DNA of 64,000 bases, taken from Chiloscyllium plagiosum. Taxonomy: Eukaryota. Below the pieces are notes generated by a model. That model saw nothing but the letters and a program-made list of their open reading frames with translations, searched no databases and was not told where the DNA came from. Within the stretch, counting starts at the first letter, position 1. Each line of letters starts with the position of its first letter. This document shows positions 1-9,835 of this stretch, one piece after another. The translations under genes and the position numbers were made by a program. Location: contig NC_057752.1 of the NCBI RefSeq assembly GCF_004010195.1, positions 5,079,535-5,143,534 on the forward strand. The letters are read 5' to 3'.

Positions 1-279
1 TGCAATCTTCTTCCCGCCCTCTCCGCCCCCACCCCAGTCTGACCTTTCACCCTCACCTTGACCTCTTTCCACCTATCACATTTCCGACGCCCCTCCCCCA
101 AGTCCTTCCTCCCTACCTTTTATCTTAGCCTGCTGGACAAACTTTCCTCATTCCTGAAGAAGGGCTTATGCCCGAAACGTCGATTCTCCTGTTCCCTGGA
201 TGCTGCCTGACCTGCTGCGCTTTTCCAGCAACACATTTCCAGCTCTGATCTCCAGCATCTGCAGTCCTCACTTTCTCCT
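1..279 (+). mobile_element. Penelope-like element 3'/pseudo-LTR fragment
   Basis: C-rich UTR-like stretch followed by CCTGAAGAAGGGCTTATGCCCGAAACGTCG...GATGCTGCCTGACCTGCTGCGCTTTTCCAGC, the hammerhead-bearing motif typical of Penelope-type repeats; related copies occur elsewhere in the window. Confidence 0.65.
150..186 (+). ncRNA. Minimal type I hammerhead ribozyme motif
   Basis: CTGAAGA (154-160), extra A, stem II GGGC/GCCC with TTAT loop (162-173), GAAA (174-177), then CGTC giving a GUC cleavage triplet ending at 181. Stem III is the self-complementary AACGT type; stem I is weak. Confidence 0.65.
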
Positions 280-409
280 CAGCCAGAGATACCAGGCTCA
301 ATGTGCTGCTGCCTTGTCCCTCAGGCACAAAAACCGGGCTCACTGTGCTGCTGCCATGTCCCTCAGTCAGAGATACCAGGCTCACTGTGCCGCTGCCTTG
401 TCCCTCAGT
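280..409. repeat. 42-bp minisatellite (3+ copies) running into an assembly gap
   Basis: Units start at 280, 322, 364 and 406; consensus CAGTCAGAGATACCAGGCTCACTGTGCTGCTGCCTTGTCCCT. Confidence 0.9.
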
Positions 410-909
410 NNNNNNNNNNNNNNNNNNNNNNNNNNNNNNNNNNNNNNNNNNNNNNNNNNNNNNNNNNNNNNNNNNNNNNNNNNNNNNNNNNNNNNNNNNN
501 NNNNNNNNNNNNNNNNNNNNNNNNNNNNNNNNNNNNNNNNNNNNNNNNNNNNNNNNNNNNNNNNNNNNNNNNNNNNNNNNNNNNNNNNNNNNNNNNNNNN
601 NNNNNNNNNNNNNNNNNNNNNNNNNNNNNNNNNNNNNNNNNNNNNNNNNNNNNNNNNNNNNNNNNNNNNNNNNNNNNNNNNNNNNNNNNNNNNNNNNNNN
701 NNNNNNNNNNNNNNNNNNNNNNNNNNNNNNNNNNNNNNNNNNNNNNNNNNNNNNNNNNNNNNNNNNNNNNNNNNNNNNNNNNNNNNNNNNNNNNNNNNNN
801 NNNNNNNNNNNNNNNNNNNNNNNNNNNNNNNNNNNNNNNNNNNNNNNNNNNNNNNNNNNNNNNNNNNNNNNNNNNNNNNNNNNNNNNNNNNNNNNNNNNN
901 NNNNNNNNN
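410..909. other. Assembly gap (500 N)
   Basis: Run of N. Confidence 1.
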
Positions 910-1141
910 TACAACTGACTGTGTGGAGTTTGCACATTCTCCCCATGTCTGCGTGGGTTTCCTCCGGGTGCTCGGCTTTCCTCCCACAGTCCAAAAATGT
1001 GCATGTTGGGTGAATTGATCAAACTAAATTGCCTGTAGTGTTAGGTGTAGGGGAATGGGTCTGGGTAGGTGCGTTTCGGTGGGTCGGTGTTGACTTGTTG
1101 CGCCGAAGGGCTTGTTTCCACACTGTAAGTAATCTAATCTA
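910..1141 (+). mobile_element. HE1/V-type tRNA-derived SINE, 5' part lost in the gap
   Basis: TGTGTGGAGTTTGCACATTCTCCCC...GGGTTTCCTCCGGGTGCTC V-domain core, CR1-like 3' end, (AATCT)n tail. Confidence 0.85.
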
Positions 1142-1394
1142 AAAATTGTGCAGGACCATTCCGGATTGACAGGACCTCTCCAGTGTGTAATGTCCTTTTA
1201 AAGATGGCGCTGGAGCCAGGGATGCTGATCCATTCAGGATATCATGGCAGTGACGATTTGTTCTGGGTCTGGCGAGTGATAGAATGGGTCTAGAATCGGA
1301 TAGCGGGATGCTGTAGTTAATGAGATGTGTTTGGTAACATACAGTGAGAAAAGTCTCTGGGCCTCGTGGACCTGAATAAACTGACAGTTAGGCA

Positions 1395-1865
1395 AAAAAT
1401 ATAAAATTCAGCCTACATTAACTTTTTTGACTGTGGGACATTCCAAGGTGCTCCGCAGCCAAGTACTTAGTCACTGTTATGATGTCATGTCACACAACAA
1501 GCTTCCACAAACAGCAATGTGATAAATTTATTGGTGAGATTGATTGAAGGATAAAAATTGGCCAGGACAATGGGGAAAATTCCCTGCTCTTCAAAATTGT
1601 TTCGAATTTAGAATTCTTGCATTTGTTCAGATGAGTGCAAGATGAAAAGCTTCAGAATGGCATCTCTCTTTCCAGTGATATTCAAAATTAGGGCAGTCAG
1701 GGCCTCAGTTTAATGTCTCATCCAAAAGAAGCCATCTCTGATAGTGCAGCACTCCCTCAGCTCTGCAGTGGATGACAGCCTGGAGTTTTGTGCTCCAATA
1801 TCTTCAATAGGACTTGGCTTCATCAGCTTTTGACTCCAAAGGAAAGGGCTACCAACTGGGCCTGC
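1395..1865 (-). mobile_element. Deu-domain SINE (SacSINE1/AmnSINE-like), degenerate
   Basis: GGCCTCAGTTTAATGTCTCATCCAAAAGA...AGTGCAGCACTCCCTCAG matches the reverse complement of the Deu core as I recall it; tRNA-like head near 1860. Confidence 0.65.
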
Positions 1866-2149
1866 TGACTGGCTGAGAGATGTGAAATTGGCTCCTCATG
1901 ACATCTTTGGGGTGGAAGTGAATTTTTCAGGAACGTCTAAATATCTCCAACTGTGATGGCCTGATGGAATAAACCGATGAGCAATTTCAGGTGAAATGTG
2001 GCTTTGAGGTGAAGTGGAGTACTGCTGATTCTCCCAGTGGGTGACAATGTATAAAAGAGATGAGCCATTCGTACTGATTTCTCTCTATGAACCCTACCCC
2101 TGAAACCACAGCTGGTTACATCTCTTTTGATGTATGAACAAAACCTTTC

Positions 2150-2770
2150 CTTATGAGAAAAGCTTGACTAGCTTATGCCTGTACTTTGTGGAATTTAGAA
2201 GAATGAGCCAATCTCATTGAATCATAAGATTTTTAGAAGGACTTGATAGGGAAAGGTTGTTTCCCCTTGTGGTAGAGTTCAGGACCAGAGGAGATAATCT
2301 CAGCATAATTTACATTTATGACGGAGATGAGGAGAATTTTCTTCACTCAGTGGATAGTGAATCTGTGAAATTCTTTACCACAGAGGGCTGTCAAGGTTGG
2401 GTTGATCAGATTAGATTAGATTCCCTACAGTGTGGAAACAGGCCCTTCGGCCCAACAAGTCCACACTGACCTTCCGAAGAGTAACCCACCCAGACCCACT
2501 TCCCTCTGACTAATGCAATGGGTAATTTAGCATGGCCAATTCACCTAACCTGTACATCTTTTGGACTGTGGGAGGAAACCGAAGCACCCGGAGGAAACCC
2601 ACGCAGGGCTGCTTAGTATATTCAGCGCTGAGATATAGATTTTTAATCAGTAAAGGAATCAAAGGTAGGAAAGTAGAGTTGAGGGTGACCAGATCAGCCA
2701 TGATCACATTGAATAACAGAGAGGACTGGGTGGGCTGAATGGCATATTTCTGCTCTTTCATCTTATGGTC
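2150..2770 (+). mobile_element. Old CR1 LINE 3' fragment interrupted by a SINE (2405-2606)
   Basis: Degenerate RMFPLVGE.RTRG-type C-terminal coding sequence, plus 3'UTR GATCAGCCATGATC...GGGCTGAATGG resuming after the SINE. Confidence 0.75.
2405..2606 (-). mobile_element. HE1/V-type SINE, 5'-truncated
   Basis: (AGATT)n tail, then CCCTACAGTGTGGAAACAGGCCCTTCGGCCCAACAAGTCC and GGAAACCGAAGCACCCGGAGGAAACCCACGCAG. Confidence 0.85.
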
Positions 2771-3879
2771 CTTCCTTGGCACAGGACATGAAAACATAAA
2801 TCTGGCGAGAGGGAAGTGAGTTCGAACAGATTGGCCTCCCTCAAACTGAGCGAGGTCTGGTGAGCTGCCCCACAGCAGGGAAGATTGAACGGATCTACTG
2901 TAGTTTAAATTGGGTCAAATAAGTCTGGAGCAGTTGGCACCTGAATGCTGGCCTTCTCGCTCAGAGGTAGGGACACTACCACTGCACCACAAGAGCCTTT
3001 GAATTGGGTCAATGTTGGCCTCCTTTATTTCTTGCCATTCCCAACTCCACCATTTTCGCCCCCGCGGTTCTCCCCGCCCCCAGTAAAGAATCTGTTTTGA
3101 CCAAAATGAGTCAATAAAGGAGTGACCGGAATCGATCTGGTTTGAAGGCAGTGACCTATTTACATTTCCTCAGCGTTTCATCTGGGTTGAAAAGAAAAGA
3201 AAATTCCCCCCGCCTCCCAAATTAATGGACCAGGCCCTTTCATTTCTGAACGATCCCTCAAATTTGCAAATAAAATGTTGTAAAGCTGCCCTATGTATGT
3301 GTTTTTTTTTAAAAAATAATGTTTACTTCTTTTCAGGTTTTGTTTTGGTTTGCGTTTTGTGGGCTTCTGTTTCACGGGTTTTCTTTCACACTCTGATACA
3401 TTTTCTCACCTGTCAGTGACTGACTTGTCATTGATCGTTTTGCCTGCAAAAATGTGAGCCAGCTATTCATGACCATTACAAAGGCAGTAACTTTCTTTCA
3501 GTGTTTTCTATATCCATTGTATTCGCTGCTGTTTCTCGGGCGGTTCGCCTACCTGATTATCCGATATCAGCCACCGGGATTGTGTTCACTGTTAACACAA
3601 CAGAAATGTTTCTGTATTGTACCTACCGCCCCAATTCTATTCGGTTGTATTAAGGTCAACCCTTTTCGCTGTACGTAAATCAGGGTCAGGCTTTGTCTGC
3701 TTCAGGAGCTATTAAAGAACCATTGAATGGAAGAGGTGGCGAGATTTTTGTTCCAATTGAATAAAGTTCCCAACATTTTCCATGATATTACAATAGAAGG
3801 TCGACTGTTACTCTCTCCCAAATATTCTGGACAGCAGAGGTGTAAAGGGTTACTGTCTTTGGAGCTGGATCGCTTCTCA

Positions 3880-4310
3880 CAAGTGACCACCCAAGCCCTG
3901 CTGTCTGAGACAGCTCCTTCACCCTGGGATCTGTGGTTACTGACTACCGCCCTTCGGCTTCTCGTCCAGGTGGCAATTATTCACGTAGGAAGCTTGAGGG
4001 CTGTTCGACTGCAGTGGGCATCGCAAACGAGCCCGCTGGTGGCCCCACGTGCCTTTTCCTGCCCCTTTTTGGCTGATCAGAGATGCAGAGGGCCGACTGA
4101 AGCCGCCTCAGCCTCGGTGCTGGGCCTGGCCAAAGTGGCCATGAATAGCCCCAGGCAGAGGGGCTCGTTCTCCCTTGACTGCCTGGGCCTCTTCCGCGCT
4201 CGGCTGCCCCGGGGGAGGGAGCACGCGGTGCCCACTGCCTTTCCAGACCGGTGGGCACCGCAGGGGCTGGCGGGTGGGCATCATCGGCCTGGGCAATGTT
4301 CCGTTTAAAA
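3880..4310 (+). mobile_element. Tx1/L1-clade LINE ORF2 C-terminal remnant
   Basis: Translation VLGLAKVAMNSPRQR...DCLGLFRAR...EHAVP...FPDRWAPQGL resembles, from memory, the GLAK.AI..SR..DC..LFR..EREHA..RWAPQGL C-terminus of fish/shark Tx1-like ORF2; GC-rich compared with its flanks. Confidence 0.5.
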
Positions 4311-4515
4311 ATTAAAGGCCACATGAAAGCGACTTCTTGAATATATTGTTGAAGAAAGTCACGTCCCTATGAAACCCCCGCCTACCACAATACACTGACT
4401 TTTCTCTCCATACACCTCGCCCCATTACTGTTGCAGGAAAGCCCATGTCGACACGCCATATGGACTATTTGGACCCTCTGTGGTGTTAGTGTCACGCACT
4501 GAGGCCTCATTAAGT

Positions 4516-4759
4516 TAGATGCCCACAGTCCATTCGGACCCGACCCTCCAAAGAGGGGTAACCCACCCAGACCGATTCCCCTACATTTGTCCCTAACTAG
4601 CTATGGTCAACTTAGAAGGGCCAATTCACCATAACCTCTGGACTGTGGGAGGAAAACCCACACAGACACAGGGAGAATGTCACCCGAGGCTGGGATCGAA
4701 CCCGGGTCCCTGGCGCTGTGAGGCAGCAGTGCTACCCACTGAGCCACTATGCCCGCCCC
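4516..4759 (-). mobile_element. HE1/V-type SINE with internal deletions
   Basis: tRNA-like head with B box (GGGATCGAACCC on +) and A box (GCTACCCACTGAGCCA on +). Confidence 0.8.
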
Positions 4760-4799
4760 ATATACAGTGTATCACTAACTTGCAGCACACGGAAACCAC

Positions 4800-4962
4800 C
4801 GAAGGAGCTGCGGATGCTGGAAATCAGAAACAGAGCAGGAGTTGCGGGCAAAGCTCAGGGGGGTCTGGCAGCATCCCTGGAGATGAATCACGTTAACTCC
4901 ACTTTCTCTGCACAGTTGCAGCCAGACCTACTGAGCTTTTCCAGCAATTCCGCTTTTTTTTT
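4800..4962. mobile_element. Penelope-derived palindromic repeat, hammerhead core deleted
   Basis: Left arm AAAGCTCAG..GGTCTGGCAGCATC mirrors right arm GCAGCCAGACCTACTGAGCTTTTCCAGCAA about a CACGTTAAC centre. Confidence 0.6.
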
Positions 4963-5410
4963 GTAGGAAGAAACTACCTCTCGCTTTCTGTCAGCGGACC
5001 GGCAATACACCTCTCCTGGTCTATACTGGCTGATGTCGCAGCCTGGCCTGTGTGGACGGGGACAGGACAGGGACTGCTCCCTGTTGCAGTGCGACCGCCT
5101 CGCGTGAAGCCGCCCCGCTGTGGCAGTTGGGGAGGTTTCAGTAGATATACAAATGCACTCACAGAAACCTGGAGAGCCGTGGCAGCTGAGGTGCGGCTTG
5201 TGGGAAGGTTTCGCTAGCTTCCTGCCAGGAAATCCGAGGGCGATTTACCTGCGCCAACGTGGCATGGTGTCCAGTTCGGACTGAAGGGAATTGCCAATGC
5301 CCGTGAAGTTTCGCCCAGCTCCCCCTTCCCTCCCCTCCCGAGCTCACCAAGCCGAACACCAGCAGCTGCTTTTGAGGGGGTGGGGGAATCTAGCCTTGTC
5401 CAACCTGTAA

Positions 5411-5506
5411 CAAAAAAAAAATTGCTGGAATACCTCAGCGGGTCTGGCAGCATCTGTGTGGAGAGAAATCAGAGTTAAACGTTGCGGGTCGAGTGACCTT
5501 TCCTTG
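5411..5506 (-). mobile_element. Penelope-derived fragment with degenerate hammerhead motif
   Basis: Minus strand reads AAGGAAAGGTCACTCGACCCGCAACGTTTAACTCTG...CAGATGCTGCCAGACC. Confidence 0.6.
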
Positions 5507-5674
5507 TGTTCACTGAGGGCTCCCGGGGAGAGGGAACGGGGCCAATGTGGTTGAAATGAAGGGGAGACGATACTTTGGGAACTGCTCTGGTGTTTGGTTG
5601 TAGATGGGGTGAGGGTTGTCAGTGAGGCAGGCGGGGTTTGAGGAGTGGGGCGGGGGGTGAAGCTTGGCTTGTTC

Positions 5675-5693
5675 TGTGTGTGTGTGTGTGTGT
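5675..5693. repeat. (TG)n microsatellite in the promoter region
   Basis: About 9 TG units. Confidence 0.9.
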
Positions 5694-5886
5694 CTCACAC
5701 AAGGTGGTGACCAGGCGGGAACGCGCTTGCCTGACGAGGGACTGCCTCTCTTGGTGGCGCGTCGCTCTTTTATTTGTGTTCCATGGCTGTGCCAGTGAGG
5801 GCAGCGTCTCTATCTCCGCCAGTGCGCGCCAGTCCTCCGGGAGCAGCCGATTTCCAAGCAATCCGCAGCCGGCGAGAGGCGGGGAG

Positions 5887-6186
5887 ATGCAGCCCGGCTC
5901 CGAATTAGCTCGCTTCGGGCTGCTGTGCTGCTGCCTCCTGGTCCCGGTGCAGAACTGTGGCCCCGGCCGGGGTTACGGCAGGAGGAGACCGTCCCGTAAG
6001 CTCGCCCCCTTGCTCTACAAGCAATTCATCCCCAATGTGGCCGAGAAGACCCTGGGGGCGAGCGGCAGGTCGGAGGGCAAGATCAGCCGCACCTCCGAGA
6101 AATTCAAGGAGCTGACTCCCAACTACAACCCTGACATCATCTTCAAAGACGAGGAGGACACCGGAGCTGACCGCCTCATGACCCAG
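5887..6186 (+). CDS. ihh: Hedgehog-family ligand, coding exon 1 (signal peptide plus first part of the N-terminal signalling domain); probably Indian hedgehog
   Basis: ATG 5887 (gagATGc) gives [100 protein letters not shown]: 23-aa signal peptide, palmitoylated Cys24 (5956-5958), basic Cardin-Weintraub motif, invariant [13 protein letters not shown]. The exon ends at the conserved phase-0 intron position with donor CAG|GTAAGA (6186|6187). Hedgehog identity is near certain. The paralogue call rests on RRRPSRK resembling IHH RRRPPRK rather than SHH KRRHPKK, and is less sure. Confidence 0.9.
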
Positions 6187-8682
6187 GTAAGAACGATTCT
6201 GCTCTTCAGCCAGGGCTGAGATTCCCCCCCCCCCCCCACTTTCCCAGCCCCCCCCCCGCCTTTATTATTCCCATTGACAACAACAACAAAAATCCTTGCG
6301 GGTTGAGCTGATGGGTTCCCTCGCCACATCCTTGCCTTCTAGATTCTGAAGGGTTCCATCGTGTGTTTAATTCATTATTGCCTCTCTCCCATTGCATTTG
6401 GCATGTCTCGCTTGGAGAGGATTTGATGAGGCGGGGTGGGGGGGGGGGGATTCTGTTTTGAAGAACCTTGCTCTCCCTCGCCTTCGAGAATATTTGCTCT
6501 TCACGGGCCATTTCCAGCGCCTTCACTTGGCATTTCATTGAATGAATTATTCCATCATTTCGGGAGCTGCCTCTCCACCCCAGAAAAAAAAAACATTTTG
6601 CAGCTCAGCCGGGAATCTCTCACATCCCCTTCTTCCCCACCCCCCCCCCAAGTTAGGTGGGAGACTTCACATTCCTGTAACCCCCCCCTCTCCGTACCCT
6701 CCAACAGCACTTTAGATTGTGCAGCGGATGTCAAAACATAAAGCAGAGAGCCTGCGATGTTCCGATTGGAGCCGGAGGGCGAGTGTTGCTGATGTATTAT
6801 TGAGGCAGAGCTCCATCACCGTTTGTTGGCTTCTCGCTCTGCACAATGACCACCGGAGCCGAGCTTCAGGGAACCGACAGGCTGCGACGGGACAACACCG
6901 ACGGTGCTGCAGAGTTTAACGTGGGATGGAGCTGCTGCTCCCCCTCCCTCTCTCCCTCCTCTCACTCGCCCTGAGGTGAGCTGCCGGCGGGGTTGCTGGG
7001 CACTCGATCCCAGAGTGAGGAGAGCCTGCATCCCGACCGTTTGGAGATGGGGTCGGCAGCAGCAGGCCTGCATCCCGTTGCTATGGAGATGGGGACCGGG
7101 ATCAGGCCCCCTCCGGGCCCCTGGAGTGATCAGCATGTTCTCTCTATCTCTCGCTCCGAGCCTCCTTGCTCTGTCTCTCAATCTCTCTCTCAGCCAGTTA
7201 GTGAGGGGATAAGCCTCAGATCTTATCTATTGTGTGTGTGTGTGTGTAGATTGAGAGTGTGACTGAACGAATGTGGCTGTGAGTGTGTGTCTCGATTGAC
7301 TGGAGTGACTATGAGTGGAGACTGAGCGTGCGAGTGTGTGTGATTGTGAGTGCAATTGTGAACGCGAGTGTGTAATTCTGATTGTGTATGTGCTGTGCAG
7401 GAGTTTTAACTGCACGCTGGTTTCTACCTGCTCTGTTTTCCCGCATCCTGTCATCTTAAGATGGGTAGAATGGCAAAGGAGAAAGACAGCAGCCCCAGGG
7501 ACTTGGAGAAGGGCCATGGCAGAGAGGGAGCTAAGAGAGAGAGAGAGTCCCTGAATCAAACAAAACGCATCTTAGAACAGGAAGCATGGCCCTTCTTCCA
7601 AATACCATTCCCTGCCTGATATCCACAATAGTTGCAATATCAGACTCTCGGAAAAATAATCACGATAACTTCTAATTTCGGGCGAGCATAATTTGAACTG
7701 CTTTTGAATTTAGTAATCGAGGTCGTTTTACACACTCAGCCTTGACTGCTTTCAGCACGAGCTGGCTTATTCGATTGTACGGATCTGTAAGTATTAAATA
7801 TTCGGAAACATTACTGGCGAATGTCCTGTGCCCACTCACAGTGCCACCTGGATTTGTTCTCCTTCTTACAATTGGTCAAACCGGATTCGAATGGAGGTCT
7901 CAATCGTTGCCATTGTTTTCCCCTAGCGTTCAGTTGAGCAAAGGCTTCACTGGGTCACAATAAATCTTTGGAGATTGCGAAAACTCTGGGGTTCCTGTGG
8001 ATTTTCCAAAGAGTGCACATTTGGCCCTGCATTTTCAGGGTCAGGAAGGGTGGGGTTGTGAGGAGGACTAGCGGACAATGTTCCTGCTCATCAGCATGGA
8101 CCCGTCCATTAGAACTACACACGGGAGGCCAATGCAGAGGACACTGCTGGCCAAGTTGTGATGGTTCCATGAAGGATCAGCTCGGACCCTCCACTTTAGG
8201 CATGAAGGGGAAGAGTGAGCTTTCGAAGAACATTGTTGTTGGCTTTGTAAAGGGTAAGGGAAGAAAATAGGAAGGGAAATAAATAAACGCCCTTTATTTG
8301 CAGACCGTCAAAGGAAGCTTATAAATGTTATTCCACTCACAGCAGCTGCATTTCAGATGCTGCTGACCCAACCTGACAAACCACTGTTGTTAATCAGGAT
8401 GGCTCTCCCTCCCAACTCAGCCTTTCCAATTGGGGCAGTAAATGACTCATCTAGAAGATGTTGATTTTTATTTGCTTTCCAGAAAACATCAACATGAGAC
8501 TCTCACCTGCCATTTCTGCAGCCCAGTGTAAACATCTCTCTTGAACTAAGTGGTGGGGACATTTCAATGTGGCCTCCAGTTTGATTAGTTATCTCCACAC
8601 TTTTTATAAAATCAATCACTCCACCTCCGCAACAGGGTTGAATTTGCAGAATCAACTCAAAATTGTGATCCATGGCATAGTT

Positions 8683-8783
8683 ATGGACTGCAGCAGTTCA
8701 TGAAGGCAGCTCACCACCACATTCTCAGAGACAATTAGGGATGGCCAAGCCAGCAACAAACACTTAGGTCCCATGAATGAAAA
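8683..8783 (+). mobile_element. 3' tail of a CR1/L2-group LINE
   Basis: GGACTGCAGCAGTTCA.GAAGGCAGCTCACCACCAC.TTCTC...CAATTAGGGATGG; same tail as the element at 29170-29830. Confidence 0.6.
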
Positions 8784-9469
8784 CAACTAAAATACTTTTC
8801 TTTCTCTCATCTTTGAACTCGAGGCTAACAGATAGTTTTTCAACTTAAAATGTCAATGAAATTATTCCTTTTAGGATCATCCCTGATATAATGACTTTTC
8901 ACTGCAAATATGTTTTTTATTGCATGAACAATAATCTTAATCCAATTTTAGCCTTGATAGACATTTGCTTCTCCCCATGAAGTAAGTGTTTGTAGCTATC
9001 TGAGTCAATGACAGTGCAACATAATCATTTCCTTTGAATATAAAAATGACCATCATTAAATGGCAAAATGCAAATTCACATAATATTGTCAGGAAGCACG
9101 TTCACTCTTTTTCTCTAAAATTACTCTTTTTTTTCTTCTCATTCCCCTAAGTTTTCTCTCTTTCTCTCCATTGATTCTAAAAGCAGTAACATGCAGAGCT
9201 GCAGTTCAGTGAGCCTTTGTAACCCTCTAGTACTTCCTGACTGAGATCTGATATTAAGGGTTAGCAGGATTTTTGATGTGGGCTTGATTCTGGTCCCATC
9301 CAGAATGATGCACAGGCATCCCTGGGCAGGTGTTACCGGGCAACAGTCAGGGATGCAAATACTAACTGTCCTGTCTCTTTTGGCTGATGTCCAAGACTTC
9401 ATCATGCAAAATCTAATCTGGAACTGGCTTGTGTCTATATAGTTAGGTCCCACAACTTCCATTGTTTGT

Positions 9470-9835
9470 TCAAAATGATGAAGGCTTTTGAATATTCAAA
9501 ATTATCACTTTGGCAAATGAAGAGAAACTGTTTCCAGTGCCAGGAGGGGCGTTATCCAGAGGGACACAGATTGAAAGTAATTGATAAAAGAACCAGAGGG
9601 TAAAAATTCTCTTTTGCATAGCAATTGGTGATGATCTTGAACATGATTGCCTGAAAGGACAGGGGAAGAGATTCACCTCTAACTTTCAAAAGGGAAATGA
9701 GGATATTGTTGAGAAAGAAAAATCGGCAGGGCTTTGGGAGTAAAAGCAATGCAATGGGAAAAACTGGACAGCTCTTTGAAAGAGCCAGGACAGGCACAAT
9801 GGGCCAAGTGGCCTCTTTCTATGTGGTATGGTTTT
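9470..9835 (+). mobile_element. Degenerate CR1 3' fragment
   Basis: Remnant FKII...EKLFP...RGH coding trace and CR1-like 3'UTR (ATGGGCCAAGTGGCCTCTTTCT). Confidence 0.6.

Larger units (their letters stand above)
5530..6200 (+). promoter_or_regulatory. CpG-rich proximal promoter / first exon region of the hedgehog gene
   Basis: High GC and CpG density against a CpG-depleted AT-rich background; CCAAT 5542-5546, GC box GGGGCGGGG 5647-5655, AT-rich TATA-like run ~5768-5776. Confidence 0.6.

Noticed and set aside
125..1022. Long ORFs in all six frames
   Set aside because: Artefacts of translating through the N gap; the same applies to those spanning 18062-18796.
3727..4308. 193-aa ORF as a host gene
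   Set aside because: Its C-terminal part resembles Tx1/L1 ORF2; there is no exon structure or host domain.
5638..5886. 83-codon in-frame N-terminal extension of the hedgehog ORF
   Set aside because: Starts at TTG, crosses a TG microsatellite and would bury the signal peptide; ATG 5887 gives the canonical Cys24 layout.
6187..6219. ORF continuation [10 protein letters not shown]
   Set aside because: Read-through into the intron past the conserved splice donor.
6220..6450. Poly-C/poly-G runs as G-quadruplex regulators
   Set aside because: Homopolymer runs are common in this window (e.g. ~11353, 61953) and error-prone; no specific support.
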